A stretch of DNA of 64,000 bases from Oculina patagonica (taxonomy: Eukaryota). Below, piece by piece: positions 35,994 through 49,200 of the stretch (position 1 is its first letter; each line of letters starts with the position of its first letter). The position numbers and the translations under genes were made by a program. The notes under the pieces are model-generated. The model ran no database searches and was not told the origin of the DNA. It saw only the letters and a list, made by a program, of their open reading frames with translations. The DNA is taken from assembly GCF_052425735.1 (NCBI RefSeq), contig NC_135759.1, positions 41,106,001 to 41,170,000 on the forward strand. Reading direction: 5' to 3'.

Positions 35994-36636
35994 GGTGATT
36001 CCACGGTATTGCATTGCGCATCCTAGCTGCGCATAAGTTTTCGCGTCATTTAGCGCGCGCACGAGCTTGCGCGCGCACAGAACACTACGAGATTCCCTTT
36101 AGGCTAAGCTCGGTAGGGAAATATATGGTCATTTTCTCTTAAACGAGCACGGTGACCCCCATTTTTTAATGCAATAATTTAAATGTCATACGGTTGTCTA
36201 CAATATATTGCAATTTAAAGAAAAGTTTAAAATTCTACATTGAGATATTTTAATTTTAGTGCCGTAAAAAGCACGTTTTAAGGTAGTGCCGTTAACGTGC
36301 GCACAGAGCAAAATCTTTAATTTCTTCATTATCTTAATTCCTGTACAATAAGAATAGTTTTTAATATAAGATCAAAGTCTATTTTGTTGAACTAGACTAA
36401 TTTTTTAATGCAAAAATGATTTTTCTCGAAACAATAGCAATCCCCATTTGGATTACTAGGGTTCCTAATATATACCTCGCGGGCCGTATATTTACTATAA
36501 TGCCATCCATTTTACACAAAAACTAGCGCGGTGACCCCCATTTTTTATTTTATTTTTTTAATCCTCATAACATAATTGTAACCTGGACCAAGTTTCAGAA
36601 AATTTTTAATACTCCTTCTATTTCAGTGGAATCACC
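35994..36636. mobile_element. TTAA-targeting (Kolobok-like) MITE nested in another MITE
   Basis: TTAA|GGTGATTCCAC ... GTGGAATCACC|TTAA. Confidence 0.85.
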
Positions 36637-37055
36637 TTAACTGTAATTTTCAGAGGGGTGGGGGGATTCAAACCAAAAAAACCTTCCATGGGAGGGGTAT
36701 GGATATTTTCTGGAACAACACAATTTATATTTACAGTTTTCAGTGCATTGCAAACTCTGAAAGTCAAAATCCAACTGACAAATGTGTTTTTCGCTGCCGT
36801 CAATCATAATTATGGCAACAGCCAACAAACCAACCATCTACCAATCACAGCCGACAGATGTGACCTTCTGGAGCAAAACCCCGAACCCCCCTTCCCCCCT
36901 CCCTCAAGAAGGCCAAGTCAGGCCTACAACTCTTCAGAAAGCTGGCTACGCCCCTGACCCTAATTTGCAATTAATCTTACTCTTGCAGAGCAGTTACACA
37001 ACATATTTACAAATGAGAGAAGATGGTTTGTAAATAACAGTTGTCAATCAACATC

Positions 37056-37211
37056 ATGTCTGTGGCTCACCTTGAGCTGTTTGAACAAGTGGGTGATTAC
37101 CCAACACCTTTCAACAGACATGATGAAGAGGATGAGGATTGTGATGAAGATGACGATGATGAAGATGAAATACCTAAGATCAGGATTGGCATCTGCGCTA
37201 TGAGTAAAAAG
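37056..37211 (+). CDS. PPIP5K: PPIP5K first coding exon
   Basis: Acidic N-terminus then [11 protein letters not shown]; donor AAG|GTAAAT. Confidence 0.9.
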
Positions 37212-40200
37212 GTAAATCACATTATATTAATTAAGTAAATAACCACTTCAGGCAGCTGGTATTTATATTGGAGGATAAAGCCTGAGGATGAAGGATTCAT
37301 TGTCCAAAAAATGAACAGTTGGCCGAGAATGAAGCTTTGAGAGCAACTGTCAAATTTTGAGGAAGCCAAAAAGGGGTAAATTATTTTATAATCCTTCAAT
37401 TAATTTCCAATGCGCTTTATTGCCCGTAAATAGGAGAAAAATTACAGTAATAGTCACAGTGTAACTGCAGTTGAAATGAATGGATGGTTTACATAGTTTT
37501 TTTTTAACACTGTGATTTGGTTAAAAAGTTAGACCTGAAAAGGGGACTTTGTTTGTTTGTTTTGTACTTGTCGATAAAATTGGGGGATGGATATCAAATC
37601 AGACGGGTATATTGCCTGATACCTGTCATCCAGTTTTGTACCATGTGATGCGTTTTGTGAGTGCACATGAAAATTAATTGGTGCATTATAACGACAGATA
37701 TTATCCACAGCTTAGGATATACCTTATTGTTACTTATTTTCGCGGGATTTAATTTTCGCGATTTTCGCGATTTTCAAAAAATCGCGAAAATTTAAGACCC
37801 GCGAAAAAAGGTTCTCGCGAAAAATAACAACGCGAAATTTAATACCCTTCTATATAATTCGTTATGAATATTCAACGTTGCCGTCAGTTAACTACCTAAT
37901 GACCTTGGTACAGTCGTCAAACTAGCTCTACTTTGTTACAAAGGAACATGTTAAACTGTTTTTGAAGTTTTGTTTTGTTATATGGTTTTGTTCAATGCCA
38001 TTGGAAACTGTTGCAGTGGAAAATTAAAATCAGTTCCACCAATTTTGAGACTTACTGTTTGTTAATGTAAACAAGTATTTTGACACTTTTCGCGAAATTA
38101 AGTTCCCGTAATCTTATTTTTTTGGCCAAATCGCGAAATTTAAGTCCCGCGAAATATGGCCGTTCAATTTTCGCGAAATTAAGTGCCCGCGAAAATAAGT
38201 AACAATAAGGTAAGTGCAGGACTATTGTGTGCTAATCTGACCATTAACAGGTCACAAAAATCCAGTTTTATTAACATGTGCTGTACATTGAAGTTGTTCA
38301 GCTCAGATAATTAAGAGAATTAATTAAAAGTTAACCTGAAAGTTTAAATTAACAAGTGATCAGACAATTTGCAATTATTTTTTTTTAGACTAAATCTCCA
38401 CCAATGCAAGAGATTCTGAATCGGATGTCTGTGTTTGATTGTGTGGACATCTTTGTGTTTCCTGACGATACCATCATGAATGTCCCTGTTGAGGAATGGC
38501 CCATCTGTGACTGCCTGATTTCATTTTACTCTAGTGGGTTTCCACTTGAGAAAGCTATTGAATATGCCAAGCTAAGGAAACCTTTTGTTCTTAACGATCT
38601 GGAGATGCAGTATGCCCTAATGGACAGGTTGGTTGACCTGGGATTACAACCTTTTAAAAATCTCAGACTGCGTTCCTGATATTTCGTTGGCTGAGAAAAG
38701 GAGTTACAGTTATTTAGTATATAATTTATACCATACAAGTTAATAGTGCTTTTTGGCACGCTGATTGCATTGGTTAACTCAGAGGTTATTAGCAAAGTAC
38801 TATATACCTCCGAGCAGCTAAAGAGAAACAAACTGCCTTCGCTTGTCGCTTTGTTTACCGAAAATGTTTTAATTTGGTCCTTTAGTTACTCAAATGTGTG
38901 GTACATGTATATACTAAAACAATTATTATTCACCTCAGTGTTGTTGAATGCGGTGGATATTTACCTCCACTTCCGTGAATAATAATTTTGTTAAATAGTT
39001 ACTAAAATTAATGGTAGAACTTCAATTGGTGAAGCCTTAGGTAGCTTTTTGTTTATAGTGATTTGGGTAAATAATTACTGCTAGAATTGTTGAGAAAACT
39101 GACAATTGAATCAAAATGCTCTTTATCATTTCATTTTCATTTTATTTATTTATCCCATTTCAAAATTTTAAATACAGCCAGTGTATACAAAACAACAAGA
39201 AAAAGAGAAATGAAAAAGGACAAGAATATAGTAGGCTGATTAATTTTATACCCTTGATTTAATTACATCTACCGGTAGTTTAGGATAAAAAATGTAAAGT
39301 AAACTTAGTCCTGATCACACAGGTCATAACCCAATGCCCATAATGTGGCAGGATACTACTGGGATCTTAGAAGTGACTAATTGAATTTTCATTAGTGGCA
39401 GAGCAGGATGTTTTGGTTTTGTAGAGCATTTCCATCAAAAAAGCAAAATATTATGTTGATGGACTATTTAGAGGTTAAAGCAATTGTAGTATCATACTGT
39501 CAGGACTGGGCACTATGCCTGGGCACTATGTCACTGGAAAACTAGTTACGGAACTGTCTCACCTGGCTCACACTTACATCTTCGCATATCGTCCCACATC
39601 GGCTGACCTCAAAAAGCACGGAATTCTCAAAAACTTACGAAAGAACAAGGACATTGTAATTTTGCAACCAGACAAAGGAAACGGCGTAGTAGTTTTAGAT
39701 AGAACTGCGTATGATAGAGGTATTTTAAAAATAATCAATGATACGTCAAAGTTTAAGCCCCTTAGCAATGACCCCACCCTAAATCGGGAAGGGAAATTAC
39801 AGCGTTTTCTCAGGGATTTAAAGAAAAAGGGCCATTTAGATCAAGAGGTATATGACGCCATTTATCCGAGTGGGTCACAACCTGCTAGGATATACGGCCT
39901 ACCCAAGATGCACAAACCGCGGGCGGCCAACTCTACACCTCCTTTTCGTCCAATTGTCTCTTCTATTGGGACATACAAATAAATAAATATAATGATAATA
40001 AGTGAATAAATAAATAAAACTATATAAGTCAGGATGATGAGATAAAATCTAAAGTAATTATTATATATACAATATGCTGTACAATAAATGAGTCAATACT
40101 ACTAAAATTAGGTTAAAAGGCCCGAAAGGTCAATTTTCATTATACTATTTTTAAAGGCCTTAAGAGATCTGTTGGTTTTGTACAAATCTGGAAGTAAGTT

Positions 40201-43200
40201 CCACAGCTTTGGCGCTAGGCAACGCCACGATTTGAGGCCGTTGGTGGTGGTGTTGACCCTTGGCTGTTTCAGGATGTCGGTTCCTCTCAGATCGTATCTG
40301 ACGTATCTAAAATCCAAAAATTAATATGGTCAATTGAATCACTTTGTCCAAATTTGCAGCAATGCAGGCAATGATAGGAAGCAAAAGCAAGCCAACACAC
40401 ACGCAGGAAGAGGAGCCATTAGAAGATCTATGTGTATCTATTTGTTCCAGTTGAAGGAATCTAACAGTCACTCACATCAATGACATGCTTATCAGCCTAC
40501 GCCTGGATATGCAGGATGTTATGGCTGTTACTGAAAAGCACTATGGGAAGCTTAAAGCCATTTGCCCCCTGCAGCCCACTAGCATAGAAACTCCAAAGAA
40601 GGGAAGGGGCCAGTGCTACCCGTAGGAAAATTCACAGCAACACTCACTCGAGCAACAGCAATACTCACTTGAGCCTTGTATGGACATGGTTAAAGGTCAA
40701 GGGGCACCACATTGCTAAGTCGTCAGGCCATCAAACGTATGAGTCTTGAAGAGTACCACCGAGACCTGACCTCAAGCATGCCACTAACCATCATGAAAGA
40801 GAGTTGGCAAGCAACAGTCGACCTGGTTGAGGAGTACAGCAAAGTGTTTTCATGTTTAGGAAAGTTGGGAGTCAACATGAAAATACACATAGACTTGGAG
40901 GCAACAGGCACCATACAGAAACAGAGAAGGAAATCCCTGCTGTTCAAACACCAATTTGATCAGATTCTTAACAAATGCGAGGAAATGGATATCATAGAAG
41001 ATTTAGGAAGTGAGCCAATGGACAGGTGCAGCAATGGCATCCTAACACCAAAGAAAGACAAAAAAAAAAACATAAGGGCAACCCCTGGACATGTGGGATG
41101 CCAACAAGTACATATTGGTTAAGAGAACTGAGGACTTCACTAGGTGGTGCCAAGTATTTCTCCCATTTGGACGTGAATGGTGGGTACATTCAGTTGGAGC
41201 TAGCCGAAAAAAAGCAGGAAGCTCCCCACATTTTTCATGCATAGGGAGCTAAAACGACTTAAGAGATTGCATGTCAGAGTCAACAGCACAGCAGAAGAGA
41301 TCACAATAACACAAGAGCTGTTAGCGTTGATGATGACATCCTAGTCTTTGGCACAATGCCAGAGGAACACAACAAAGCATTTAGGCATGCACTGCAGCTG
41401 TGGCATACGTGTAAGCAAGGGATCACATTCAGTTTAAAAAAGAGCAGGCATAACATCCAAGCTGTAAAGTTCTTTGAAAAGAAGTTTTCAAGTGAAGGCA
41501 TATCGCCAGACCCAGACAAGGTGGCAGCTTTAGAGGCAACAGGACCCCCACAGTCAGTACCCAAGGTACACTCCCAACTGTTCTTCTTTTATGGAACGAA
41601 TGCCAGCTACCACAAAGTCAGTATGATCCTCTGGGCAAGCAGTGGAGACCGGTCAAGTATCATTTAAGAGCATTTGCAGACACCGAAAGCAGGTACTCAC
41701 AGCTACAGGAGACCAAAGCAGTTGAGTGAGGCATTTTTGCTAATCAAATAAATAATACCCAGGTTATGGCACCAGAGACATAGAGGTCGATATCAATCAC
41801 AAACTGATGGTATCGTTACTGACACACTACAGAACAACAGCATCACTCGTCATAGTGGGGATGCAGGTGTGCCTTTAAGGGGCAACAACTACCTTAATTA
41901 ATTATGTCCTTGAAAGAAGATGGGGTTGAAGAACAATGGAGCAGACTACAACTCTCAACATCCAGAGCTACAGTATTGGTTATACCAGAGAGCTCTGTCA
42001 GTGGAAAGCAATCTGAATTGAACTGAGAAAAACCAAGGGAGAGTTTAAGAAGAATAGAGGGACTGAGGAGGAGTGAGAGGCCCTGAAAAAACACAGATAC
42101 ACAATAAACACCCGCGTATAAGAACCTAGAATTTTTGGGTTCAGGCTGAATGGGTTCTTATATTTTGGGATAGTTTTTCCGAAAACTCAGGCTGATTAGG
42201 TTCTTAGTAGGTTCTTATTTGTAGGAGTTGTCATGATAGTGATACCATTCAGAGAGCTACTGTAGTACTAGTATGTCATAATGGTTGAACATTTGTATTT
42301 TAAACCGCAACAGTATCATAGGCTACCATATTTACATGAGCAAAAGTCAGGGCACTCTACAGATTCTCACCTGCGATCAGGCGTTATTTTTCTCGCGGCG
42401 GAGGGGTCAACGGAAAAATGAACGCCTGATACAATTACTTGTCGAGACGTCTGTAAAAAGTCCAGAATCTGGACTTTTTTTCTGATTGGCCAGAAAACAA
42501 AAGGCAGCATTAGAACTCTATCCTGATTGGCTATTGGAGTTCAAGTCTAATTTCCGGTCCAAAAATATCGCACGTAGACAAAAATTGGTAGATGATTGTT
42601 ATCATGGCGGGTGTTGAGCGCAGGTTGAGCGGAATGAAGTAGAAAGCGAGTTCTTCTAGGTTTTAGAAAATCTCTCAAGAGTTTTGTTCACAAAACATTT
42701 AAATATGAACAAAGGGAGTGTACTCAACGAATAGTTTGTGAAAGAAAAGATGTTTTGGCGGTGCTTCCGATGGGATTCGGTAAGAGTGTGATCTATCACC
42801 AGTGGTGTCGAAGAGTATTAGACTGTCCACAGCCCTCTATTTTTTCGTGTTTTTCGATCGATGAGCGCGCGGTGAGAACGGCGAGAGAACTGGACGCCAG
42901 CGCAAAACGGAAGAAGTAAGACCCCGCGCGCTCGCGCTTCGCGCTAACGTCGTCTGCTTTTTTGCGTTGAAAAATCGAGAGGCTGTGGACAGTCTAAAGA
43001 GTATTACATCACACCACCAAAGACGCCAGACCGTGCCAGTGACGAAAACTACGACCTTTAAATGACTGACCTGAGCCTTACACAAAATCAGCCTTTGCAG
43101 AAATCAAATTTTAAAAACCATCCGATCAGCTCGTTCAAAAGGGTAATTCAAACACATGTTCGTGAGAGTAAAAATATAATTTGAAGGCGCTAATCACGCT

Positions 43201-46200
43201 TATCTGATGGCATCACCGACATTCTCGACGACGTTGACAGATATTTTAATAAGGGGGCGGCAGGCGACTTGACAAGTAATTGTATCAGGCTTTCCTTTTT
43301 TTCTCCTTCCCTCCGCCGCGAAAAAAAGAAAGCCTGATCGCAGGTTATACAGATTCAAGTCCCAAGGCTGCACCAGTATAATTTTATACAGTATTTTATA
43401 CTCTGTATTTAAAAGATTTCCAATTAAACAAATAATTTTCATGGTGTTTCTCAGAAATTTCACAATTTCTATCAATTAAAATCCAGTATTTTGGCTACAA
43501 AATAAGAGTGTTTTTTTGTATAAGAACCTATTGTTCTTTGCCAGCCTAAATAGGTTCTTATATATTTGGGTATTAAAATACCCAATTTCAGCCTGTAGGT
43601 TCTTAAATCACTAGGTTCTTATACGCAGATGTTTACTGTATGTGTTTAAAGGGAAAGTACCCAGACCTGTAGTATTGTACAGATAGGACTGGGCATTACG
43701 CCTGTTGTATGCTGGGAGTTCACAGGCCTGGTTGCTTTGTTGTTCTAGTTTCAATGCCAGCATGATAGTCATTGTCGATCGTTTCTCAATAGCATTAGCA
43801 ATGCCATTTTTTAACCCAGGGGGGGTACTCCGGCTTGTAAATGACGGGGATGATCGAATGGAGGCAAAACCCAGGACCCAAAAAAATCCCCAAGTCTTCC
43901 GACATTACACAAAAAAATCCCTGGACCAAAAATAACCCCCCAAAAAATCCCTTGGCAAATTACCCCTAAATTGCCAGGAGGGGCAATAATATAACACAAA
44001 GAAAATCATAAAAAATTGCACGCTCGTGTTTGTTTATTCATCATACCATAAATACACCAAGGCCGTGCCAAGGCACTTTAGTCCGTTTTTAATACCCAAA
44101 AAATCCCCTATTTAAATCAAGTCACCCAAAAAAATACTTGCCAAATTTTCCAACCCAAAAAAATCCCTGAATCGAAAATTTCAAACCCAAAAAAATCCTT
44201 CGATCATCCCTGTCATTTACAAGCCAGAGTACCCCCCCTGGGTTTTTTAATCTATAGAAATTCCTGAAACACTTATTATGATGTTCTGTTTTGTATAATG
44301 TGGATAGATAGATAGATAGATAGACAACTTTATTTAAAGAGGGTAGCACATAACAGAAATTCTGAAAAACCTGTGGCCCTCTATTTTTTTAAAAAAAATT
44401 ACAATTTCTAGAAATATGAAAACTAATTAATTAATCTAAATAATCTAATTACAAAATTTAAAAACTCTAAAATAACAATAATTAATTTAAAATACAAATG
44501 ATTTGTATACTACTTCTAATTACAAATATCTTTAAAAATGCTAAAAAAGGAAAGGATATAAGAAAATATGTACATGAGTTAAAATAGATCAGGCTTTGGT
44601 TTCAGAGTTTAAAAAATGTTTTTTAAGTGCAAACTTAAACGACCCAATGGTGCTCTTCTTGCGAACGTCCAGGGGAATTGTTATCTTATGTTACGCCAGA
44701 CTTGACTTATGGCCAAAGCCCTAAGTGGGCTTTGGCCAGACAGCCAACAAATAATTTGTGAAAGCCATAAAACATGCTGGCCACCATCTTATTTCTTACT
44801 TCTGAGGTACTAGAGTAAAAATTGACATAAATCTGGATGCTTATGTTGACACATATTGACACTGCTTATTCCTCCTTTTAGACCAACAATGTACAGTCTT
44901 CTGGAGAGTGCAGGAATAGAAACGCCAAGACACGCCATATTGCAAAGAGATAAGGATGGAAAACCCATAAACACAAAATTTATTGAGCTAGATGATTCAG
45001 TGCAAATTGGGGATGTGGTGTTCCAAAAACCCTTTGTTGAGAAGCCAGTGGATGCCGAAGACCATAATGTGTATATCTATTTCCCCTCGGGAGCTGGTGG
45101 TGGGAGCCAGAGATTGTTTCGAAAGGTTGGAGACAGAAGTAGCGTGTACTCACCCGAGAGCTCTGTGCGAAAAGAAGGGTCCTACATCTATGAAGACTTT
45201 GTGGTCACTGATGGAACAGATGTGAAGGTAAACAAGGCATTGACCGTCATTGAATGAATGAAAACTTTATTTACACTCGGGATTATGAGGCGTGTTAGGC
45301 CTCAAGCAAGTAATGCTAATGAAACCGAGTAGTAATTACCAGTAATCAATAAACAATTTTTTTCCTTACAGGTTACTTGATATGGTGTGGTAGCTCACTA
45401 ATGTTTGATCAATAGCAAATCATACAGTTAACCAGACAATAAAAATTAATGTCTTTATCATATACAAGAGAGATCAGTACAGTTACCAAGCTGAACGTGA
45501 AAAAGATCTGCCATACTGACAACATTTTAAGAACAGCCTGAAGAAGATCAGTAAAACTGATTGAAATGTTGTTTTACAAAGTTTCTTAACCTCGGAAAAT
45601 CCCGAAAACAGTTCAAAATTTTAGTTGATAAATTGCAGTTTTAATTGAATTTCAGGTCAACATGACTTTAAACTAGTTTGATTCATTTTTCTTTGTTCCA
45701 GATTTATAAACATGGCTACAACACTCGAAGGAAGGCTGACCTCCATCTACCTAAACCCAAGCTTAGCCTTAGCAAGCGTACTTTTAGATTTTCTGGCACA
45801 GCCGTTTTTAACTCACTACCTTTAAAAATCCAACAAGCTGTATCACTCTCCTCTTTTAAAAATCTTGTCAAAGCCCACTTTATTCATAGCACCTAATTTA
45901 CGATATTTATCTTTTTTATATACCAGTTCATGCTTGTAATTCGTTTTAGTTTTTAAACTCTTTTTATATAACTATTTCAATTACTAAACATTAGCTTTTA
46001 ACTCTATTTTTATAACTATTTTAAACAATTAGGAATTTTATATTTTTAGAAATTGTATTTAGCAGGGCCCCTCTGGAGACCAGCCACTGTGCTGAATGGG
46101 CCACCCTGCATAAATAAAGTTTTACCTACCTACACTACGAAAAATACAAATCAACAACTGTTGTGAATAGAAGGCTTTTATTAAAATAACAGGTCTGGTC

Positions 46201-49200
46201 ACTTACTCCCCACAGAATTCTGGGGAGGTAGCGTGAGCTATGATGAAGTCACAGGTGGCTTTTTATCTCAGATGGCAAACCTTATAGGAGGAATTAGCTG
46301 CAGATTAGACGTCCTTTTGGAAAACAATTTAAACCAGTTCACAGTTAGCGCTTTAATTGATTTTCTGCTAATTTAACTTAACCATTGTTTGAAGGTGTAC
46401 ACAGTGGGCCCAGAGTATGCCCATGCTGAAGCACGAAAGTCTCCATCACTTGATGGAAGAGTTGAAAGGGATAGCCAGGGAAAGGAGATACGTTACCCAG
46501 TTATTCTTGATCAACACGAGAAAGAACTGGCCCACCAGGTGTGCAAACTGTTCAAGGTAAGGGGCGACATTGCAGCTTTCTGTTAACTGTTAACCCTTGT
46601 TACAATAATTGCTTAACATAGGTGTAAACATCTTGAAGAAGAAAACAGCTTCAAGTAGTCTGGATGGGAGAACTTGGCACAAAATTAAAGTTCCAAGAAG
46701 AGGCAAACGTTTCTCCAGACACAACTTCATCAACAGACCAGTTTTTAAAACCCATTGAAATGCTTTTCTCTGACAAGGAAGAATGATACCTATTCTCTTG
46801 TTTGGTATGAAAATATACCTGCCTAGTTAGAGAGACGCACTTAACGTTAACCTCTTAATTCCAATTCATTAAGAGCGAGTGCTCATTTGGACTTGTTTCT
46901 TCTTGTACACATTTGCTTCTGCCCTTTTCTCTTGGTTTAGCTTTGTCCTTACAATGGTAAATACATTGTCAAGCAAGCAACTTGTGAGAAGAAACACAAC
47001 TAGGAATAATGGAACTTGCTGGAAATTAGAGAGTAAAACTCAAATATGAAGGGTACAACTGCAATGTAATGTGCTACCAATATCACAGAATTTACCCATT
47101 ATTAAGAAAGTATAAATTATTAACTTTTGGAACTTGCAACCAAAAATGGTTAATAATAAGTCGCATATTATTTATTTGACTATGAATTTCGTTTTCTTCA
47201 AATCTGCTTTGGTTGCTGTAAAAAGCTGCAAAGATTTCAATATTCAAGCGTAATAATCGAATGCAGAAATTGTGGCATAGAGCTCATTAAACAGTATGAC
47301 ACTGTAAATTTATTTGGGTCTGTCATGAAACTTCGTAAAGCATGGTAACAACGATCTCCTTACTTTTTTAATTGACATATCATTTTCTTTTTCCTATTAG
47401 CAAACAGTTTGTGGTTGTGACTTGCTACGCACTCCGGGCAAGTCGTATGTTTGTGACGTGAATGGTTTTAGTTTTGTCAAAACATCCAAGAAGTACTATG
47501 ATGATGCCGCACAAGTGTTGATGAGTCTTGTTGTACAAGAACTAGCTCCTCAGTTGTACAAACCCTACAATCTAGATGTGCAAGAGGAAATTCCAGCTGT
47601 TGAAGCTCTGGAAGGTACCATGCTGGAGCTAAGGTGTGTGGTTGGTATCATCAGACATGGTGACCGAACTCCCAAACAAAAGATGAAAATGGAAGTCAGG
47701 CACCCAAGGTGAGAGAGACATTTAGCCCCCAAATATAGGACTATTCTCATTCATAATTATGATGCGGAATTCAGAAGTGCGTGGATTACATAACCCTGTT
47801 TGTTTATAGCTAGTTGCGTTAGGTAATGCTTAATCACCATGTGCATAATCGCCATATTTAAAGATCCCTTTGCTTTGTTTCGGGGTATTTCGAAAGAGAT
47901 ATGCAAGCCAGGAAGTCCGGGCGAATTTTCGACCCTCCCACCTCCCCTTCGGCGACGTAATGCACAGCAATAGTGCTTTCTCACCCAGTCGCTCATTGCC
48001 TTGGCCACAATCCTTTTTCATATCTTATCCACAAAGTCAATGAGCAGCATAATAATTAATGAGTGAGAATGGTATACAATTCTCACTTATCTAAATAAAC
48101 CAGAGTGAGGAATGTCTGCTTTCCCAGCATAGTTCAACCTACTTGTCAGACATTTCAATAGCTGGCAAGTCCTATACTTCAGTGGCGTTCTTAGGTACTG
48201 AACCCCTGTGCTGTGTCTGAGACTGTTTTCTATGGCATGTTCAGTTCCAGCAACGCCTGGTTAAACTACGCACTTCTAAGATAGAACATATTTGTTTGAT
48301 TTTAACTGAATTCCAGCTAAGGTGTATCAAGAAACTACCATCTCCAGCTTTTCCTATTCTATGACAGAGATTATTCAGAAAAATTAAGCAGGTTTGGTAG
48401 TTGAGGAGAAACTAGACATGTTGTAATTTTTATTCACATCAGTATATTTGTTCAAACAAGTATTTTTCAACTTGAGCTGCAAGAGTTGCTGGGATATTCC
48501 CACCACAACCTTGTTTCCAGACCTTTAAAGTTATCGAGTTCAGATCGCCATGACTTCCGTGCAGCATGTCTTGTTTCTCCTCAACTGGCAAACTTGCGAA
48601 GTTTATTCAGGTCGAGGTTGGAAACTTTGTATCGAAGTTCGCAATTTGATTCGCAAACTCAAAACATAATTGCCAACTTCGTAACAGAGTTTCCAATGTC
48701 CCAACGAACTTCGCAAAGCGGGTGGCCAAAATAAACTGAAATCAACTGTAATGTTCATGGCATTAACTTGTATGTAATCGACCTTCTTTGTTACTACGTA
48801 ACAACACAAGGAAGGAGACCATGGACTATTATTTGAATTATTTGAGGCTTTAATAATGATAGTGCTACATGTTACCAAATCATCCACTTGTTCAGTTCTT
48901 AATATAAATTGGCAGGTATTTGCAGTTTTTATAGGTCTGGGTAAATAAGTTTTAGGTACAGGGTGCATGATGAGCATAAAAACTATGTGGAATTGTCTAT
49001 TGTGAATCGGTAGCTTACTAATCTGCTATCTGCCAGCTGAAATTGTCAACCAATTTAAGTTCAACCTTGAATATAAGAGGGTTCGTTTTAGGTCACATTT
49101 AAGTTTGGATCTGGTGAAAGTGTAGTTGGAACACATAGCAATCGACATTCCTTTCCACAGCTATTTTAATTAACGTTGTCCGACCAAAGCTTAAAGACAA

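Larger units (their letters stand above)
42102..43638. mobile_element. TA-type MITE hosting two nested insertions
   Basis: TIR CA(A/G)TAAACA(C/T)C(C/T)GCGTATAAGAACCTA. Confidence 0.7.
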
